From Callorhinchus milii (lineage: Eukaryota), in contig NW_024704743.1 in assembly GCF_018977255.1 (NCBI RefSeq), positions 47,618,001-47,682,000 of the forward strand: DNA of 64,000 bases. The letters run 5' to 3'. The number at the start of each line of letters is the position of its first letter. Position 1 is the stretch's first letter. Shown in pieces: positions 63,581-64,000 of this stretch. The notes below the pieces were generated by a model that ran no database searches, had not been told where the DNA came from, and worked only from the letters and a program-made list of their open reading frames with translations. Made by a program: the position numbers and the translations under genes.

Positions 63581-64000
63581 AATTAGTCTATGCCTATTTA
63601 TGTTGCTTGTGTTAAAATAGCAATTTTCATATGGTTTCCACCTCATAGTGTCACTGCAATAGTTCATTTGATTTCAATAGTGCTGATGTATTTACTTGGT
63701 AAAAACAACTGGATTTATCATCAGGTGGGATCTTTGTGATTAAAGCTATCATTTCAAAGATCAAGAACTATATTGTGTTTCCTAATTACTTGTGATGTGT
63801 ATTGAGCAATAATTTCTTCATAATTTATAGTACGGTAAGAAATTTCCAACAAAGTGCAGTCAGATCTGATATAACACACTGCTTTGGGTTCATAAAATCA
63901 GGCCCTTCTTTATAATAAGAAAGGCTGCTGATAACGGCTGTATTTCCAGCGTTTGCTGCTACGCCGGGATGCCTTTTGCGCTTGAGCAAGATGTGCAGGA

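Noticed and set aside
1..64000. CRISPR array, operon or prokaryote-type defence system
   Set aside because: Sequence is vertebrate; recurring motifs are dispersed SINE and LINE tails, not regularly spaced repeats

Overview
Vertebrate, repeat-rich, essentially non-coding DNA, either a large intron or a gene desert. The repeat content points to a cartilaginous fish, possibly a chimaera (inferred from remembered repeat consensus, not from a search). A large share of the window is decayed mobile elements: many 5'-truncated L2 LINEs from at least two subfamilies, a ~3 kb CR1 ORF2 remnant plus other CR1 fragments, one L1/Tx1 3' end, two tRNA-headed SINE families sharing an L2-type 3' tail (a Deu-domain SINE and a tRNA-Ala-headed SINE), a non-autonomous hAT transposon with TIRs and an 8-bp TSD, and a Penelope-like terminal fragment. 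Nearly all listed ORFs are retroelement debris or chance. I could not recognise any host gene; one 106-nt candidate exon is flagged at 19101-19206. I see no convincing new biological system. The best leads are the modular SINE architecture, the cargo-carrying hAT, three short local duplications spaced ~350-450 bp apart, foldback palindromes in CR1 copies and a homeodomain-site-rich, nearly repeat-free block near 59.3-60.1 kb. Repeat boundaries are approximate, read by eye.
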